Positions 62,257 through 64,000 of a stretch of 64,000 nt of DNA are shown here, in pieces; the first letter of the stretch is position 1; the number at the start of each line of letters is the position of its first letter. The position numbers were made by a program, and so were the translations under genes. Under the pieces are notes generated by a model. It had not been told where the DNA came from. It saw only the letters and a list, made by a program, of their open reading frames with translations, and searched no databases. The stretch spans positions 134,833 to 198,832 of the forward strand of contig CAVUHO010000003.1 of NCBI GenBank assembly GCA_963741385.1. The letters run 5' to 3'. The stretch comes from Candidatus Sulfomarinibacteraceae bacterium (GTDB taxonomy: Bacteria > Acidobacteriota > Thermoanaerobaculia > Thermoanaerobaculales > Sulfomarinibacteraceae).

Positions 62257-62823
62257 TCAGATCACGACAACGTCCTGGGAGACGATCCAACAGCCGATGA
62301 CGATCAGGAGGATTCCTCCGACGACCGCCATCCGCGAACCGAATCGGTTGCCCAGGGCCTTTCCCCCGAGGGTGCCGACCAGGGTCATGGCGCCCGCCGT
62401 CAGACCGATGATCGCGGCCGGCAGCCAGATCTCGACCCCGAGGGCGGCAAAACTGAGGCCGATCGCCAGCGCGTCGATGCTGGTGGCGATGGACAGCACC
62501 ACCAACGACCACCCGCGGGTGGGATCGGAGCGCCGGGTGTCGCGGCCGTCGCCCCGCAGCGCCTCGAGGATCATGCGACTGCCGACGATGGTCAGCAGGG
62601 CGAATGCCAGCCAGTGGTCCCAACTCTCGATCAACGGCCGGACCGATCTGCCGGCGATCCAGCCGATGATCGGCATCAGAGCCTGAAACAGCCCGAAGTG
62701 CCACGCCAGGCGAAAGGTCTGGCGCCGTGAGGTCCCTCCCAGAGCCACGCTGACTGCGATGGACACAGCAAATGCGTCCATCGCCAGTCCGATGGCGATT
62801 CCGAACAGTACGATCAGATCCAC
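62257..62823 (-). CDS. mntP: Manganese efflux pump MntP
   Basis: DUF204 repeats (GLAMDAFAVSIA and SIDALAIGLSF). The GTG at 62823 gives 188 aa, matching E. coli MntP in length and N-terminal alignment. The longest ORF extends to the ATG at 62898. Confidence 0.8.
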   Translation of the reverse strand: MDLIVLFGIAIGLAMDAFAVSIAVSVALGGTSRRQTFRLAWHFGLFQALMPIIGWIAGRSVRPLIESWDHWLAFALLTIVGSRMILEALRGDGRDTRRSDPTRGWSLVVLSIATSIDALAIGLSFAALGVEIWLPAAIIGLTAGAMTLVGTLGGKALGNRFGSRMAVVGGILLIVIGCWIVSQDVVVI

Positions 62824-62945
62824 GTCGACCTCATGGGCATCGAAGAATAGCGGTGCTTTCGGGCGGTGTCGAGCCGGTAGGCTATGATCCGGTATCACGG
62901 AGGCACATCCTGAAACACGAGCACCACTTCGACCAGCATCTGCCG

Positions 62946-63845
62946 ATGAGCGGTGAGGCGCGCACGCGGTGGGTGGTGGCCATGACGGCGGCGACCATGG
63001 TGGTGGAGATCGCCGCCGGCGTGGTGTACGGGTCGATGGCGCTGCTCGCGGATGGCCTTCATATGGCGTCGCATGCTGCGGCGCTCGGGTTGGCGGCCTT
63101 TGCCTACGCGTACGCCCGCCGGCACGCGCACGACCGGAGCTTCAGCTTCGGTACCGGCAAGGTGAACTCTCTGGCGGGGTTCGCGAGCGCCGTGGTGCTG
63201 GTGTTGTTCGCGGTCATGATGGGCATCGAAAGCCTGAGGAGGTTTTTCGAGCCGGTGCCGATCGCCTACAACCAGGCGATCGCGGTGGCCATCCTCGGGC
63301 TTATCGTCAACGGCATCAGCGTTTTCATCCTCCGCGAAGGCCACGATCACGGCCACGGCCACGGTCACCACGAAGGGGACCACCACCACGATCACAACCT
63401 GCGCGCCGCTCACCTCCACGTTTTGGCGGATGCCCTGACGTCGGTCCTCGCCATCGCCGCCCTCCTCGCAGCCAAGATCTTCGGGGTCAATTGGATGGAC
63501 CCGGCGATGGGGATCGTTGGCGGGATCCTGGTGGCACGGTGGTCGTGGGGCTTGATGCGGACGACGAGCCGGGTCCTCCTCGATCAACAAGCGTCGTCGG
63601 ACATTCTTGATGAGATCAGGACGGCTCTCGGCAAGAGTTCGGTGGAGCTTGTCGACCTGCACGTGTGGGAGATCGGTCCGGGTTACCGGGCTGCGATCGT
63701 CGCGGTCGAGACATCGGAGCCCATCAATCCGGAAGACGTGAAAAAGCTCTTCCCGGAACACCTCGGCATCGCACACCTCACAGTGGAGATTTACCAGTCG
63801 GGGGAGGGGCCATCCCCACCAGATGCCGCCGGAGGGACTGCGTGA
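62946..63845 (+). CDS. Cation diffusion facilitator (CzcD/ZitB-like) metal efflux transporter with His-rich loop
   Basis: ATG at 62946 in ORF 62772..63845. CDF signature LLADGLHMASHAAAL...SFGTGKV. His-rich loop GHDHGHGHGHHEGDHHHDHN. HVLADALTS. C-terminal cytoplasmic domain. Confidence 0.88.
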   Translation: MSGEARTRWVVAMTAATMVVEIAAGVVYGSMALLADGLHMASHAAALGLAAFAYAYARRHAHDRSFSFGTGKVNSLAGFASAVVLVLFAVMMGIESLRRFFEPVPIAYNQAIAVAILGLIVNGISVFILREGHDHGHGHGHHEGDHHHDHNLRAAHLHVLADALTSVLAIAALLAAKIFGVNWMDPAMGIVGGILVARWSWGLMRTTSRVLLDQQASSDILDEIRTALGKSSVELVDLHVWEIGPGYRAAIVAVETSEPINPEDVKKLFPEHLGIAHLTVEIYQSGEGPSPPDAAGGTA

Positions 63846-64000
63846 GCCAACTCCACCTGCTCGGAGAACGCCGTTTCTGGCCGTTGTTCTGGACCCAGTT
63901 TCTGGGCGCGTTCAACGACAATCTGTTCAAAAACGCGCTGGTGATCCTGGTGGCCTACCGCTCCATGACGTTGCTCGGACTCAGTTCGAAGACGATCGTG
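63842..64000 (+). CDS. Partial MFS-type transporter or lysophospholipid transporter/Aas-like N-terminus (truncated by the window end)
   Basis: GTG at 63842 (GTGA overlap with the CDF stop). Translation VSQLHLLGERRFWPLFWTQFLGAFNDNLFKNALVILVAY resembles the N-terminus of LplT/Aas-type MFS proteins. Confidence 0.55.
   Translation, partial: MSQLHLLGERRFWPLFWTQFLGAFNDNLFKNALVILVAYRSMTLLGLSSKTIV

Noticed and set aside
62824-62945. yybP-ykoY manganese riboswitch upstream of mntP
   Set aside because: Reading the minus-strand leader, I could not find the conserved GGGGAGUAG-type core or the paired four-way-junction segments. An Infernal scan would be needed to exclude it formally.

Overview
High-G+C (about 65% by eye, not computed) bacterial chromosomal window. 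It is gene-dense, with about 60 protein genes and one tRNA-Leu(CAG). No rRNA, CRISPR array or prophage was found. Taxon cannot be assigned from the sequence alone, though multihaem respiration, sigma-54 control, DUF11 giant proteins and exosortase-like tails suggest Acidobacteriota or Myxococcota/Desulfobacterota-like lineages.

Contents in order:
1. 0-9.2 kb: a co-directional minus-strand block. It holds three tandem phage-tail-collar-domain paralogs, two small paralogous proteins, a C-terminally anchored secreted protein, and a 1905-aa beta-helix/DUF11-repeat surface protein.
2. Two separate Trk/Ktr K+ uptake loci (9.5-13.3 kb and 20.6-27.3 kb). Each is linked to the same type of periplasmic helical sensor plus HAMP. 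The second lies behind an NtrC-type activator and a near-consensus sigma-54 promoter, and its histidine kinase carries a 1-nt frameshift.
3. 13.5-20.5 kb: a Cys-rich triple-repeat lipoprotein with an outer-membrane barrel, a PilZ protein, secreted proteins and an S10 peptidase.
4. 27.9-40.3 kb: a mosaic accessory stretch containing:
- an IS66 remnant and three copies of a 112-bp MITE;
- a lower-G+C three-gene secreted-protein cassette;
- 59-bp REP-like palindromes flanking a metalloprotease gene;
- a RAYT-type Y1 transposase with perfect 23-bp inverted repeats;
- an NrfC-like FeS protein plus an NrfD-like membrane protein fused to a 14-haem cytochrome;
- a remodelled M19 dipeptidase;
- tRNA-Leu with an att-like duplication.
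5. 40.8-54 kb: rnr, TetR, a TonB-dependent receptor, and a seven-gene lipid-type operon whose intergenic gaps carry a structured composite repeat. Five copies of this repeat occur in the window (four of them inside the operon).
6. 54-55.8 kb: a 39-bp tandem array bracketed by inverted 42-mers, upstream of a GGDEF gene.
7. 56.3-62.2 kb: an ECF sigma / anti-sigma / TPR-CHAT / S8 peptidase operon.
8. 62.3-64 kb: MntP, a CDF transporter and a partial MFS gene.

The strongest novelty candidates are the CRISPR-less sigma/anti-sigma/CHAT protease module, the NrfD-multihaem fusion, and the two repeat/mobile-element families.
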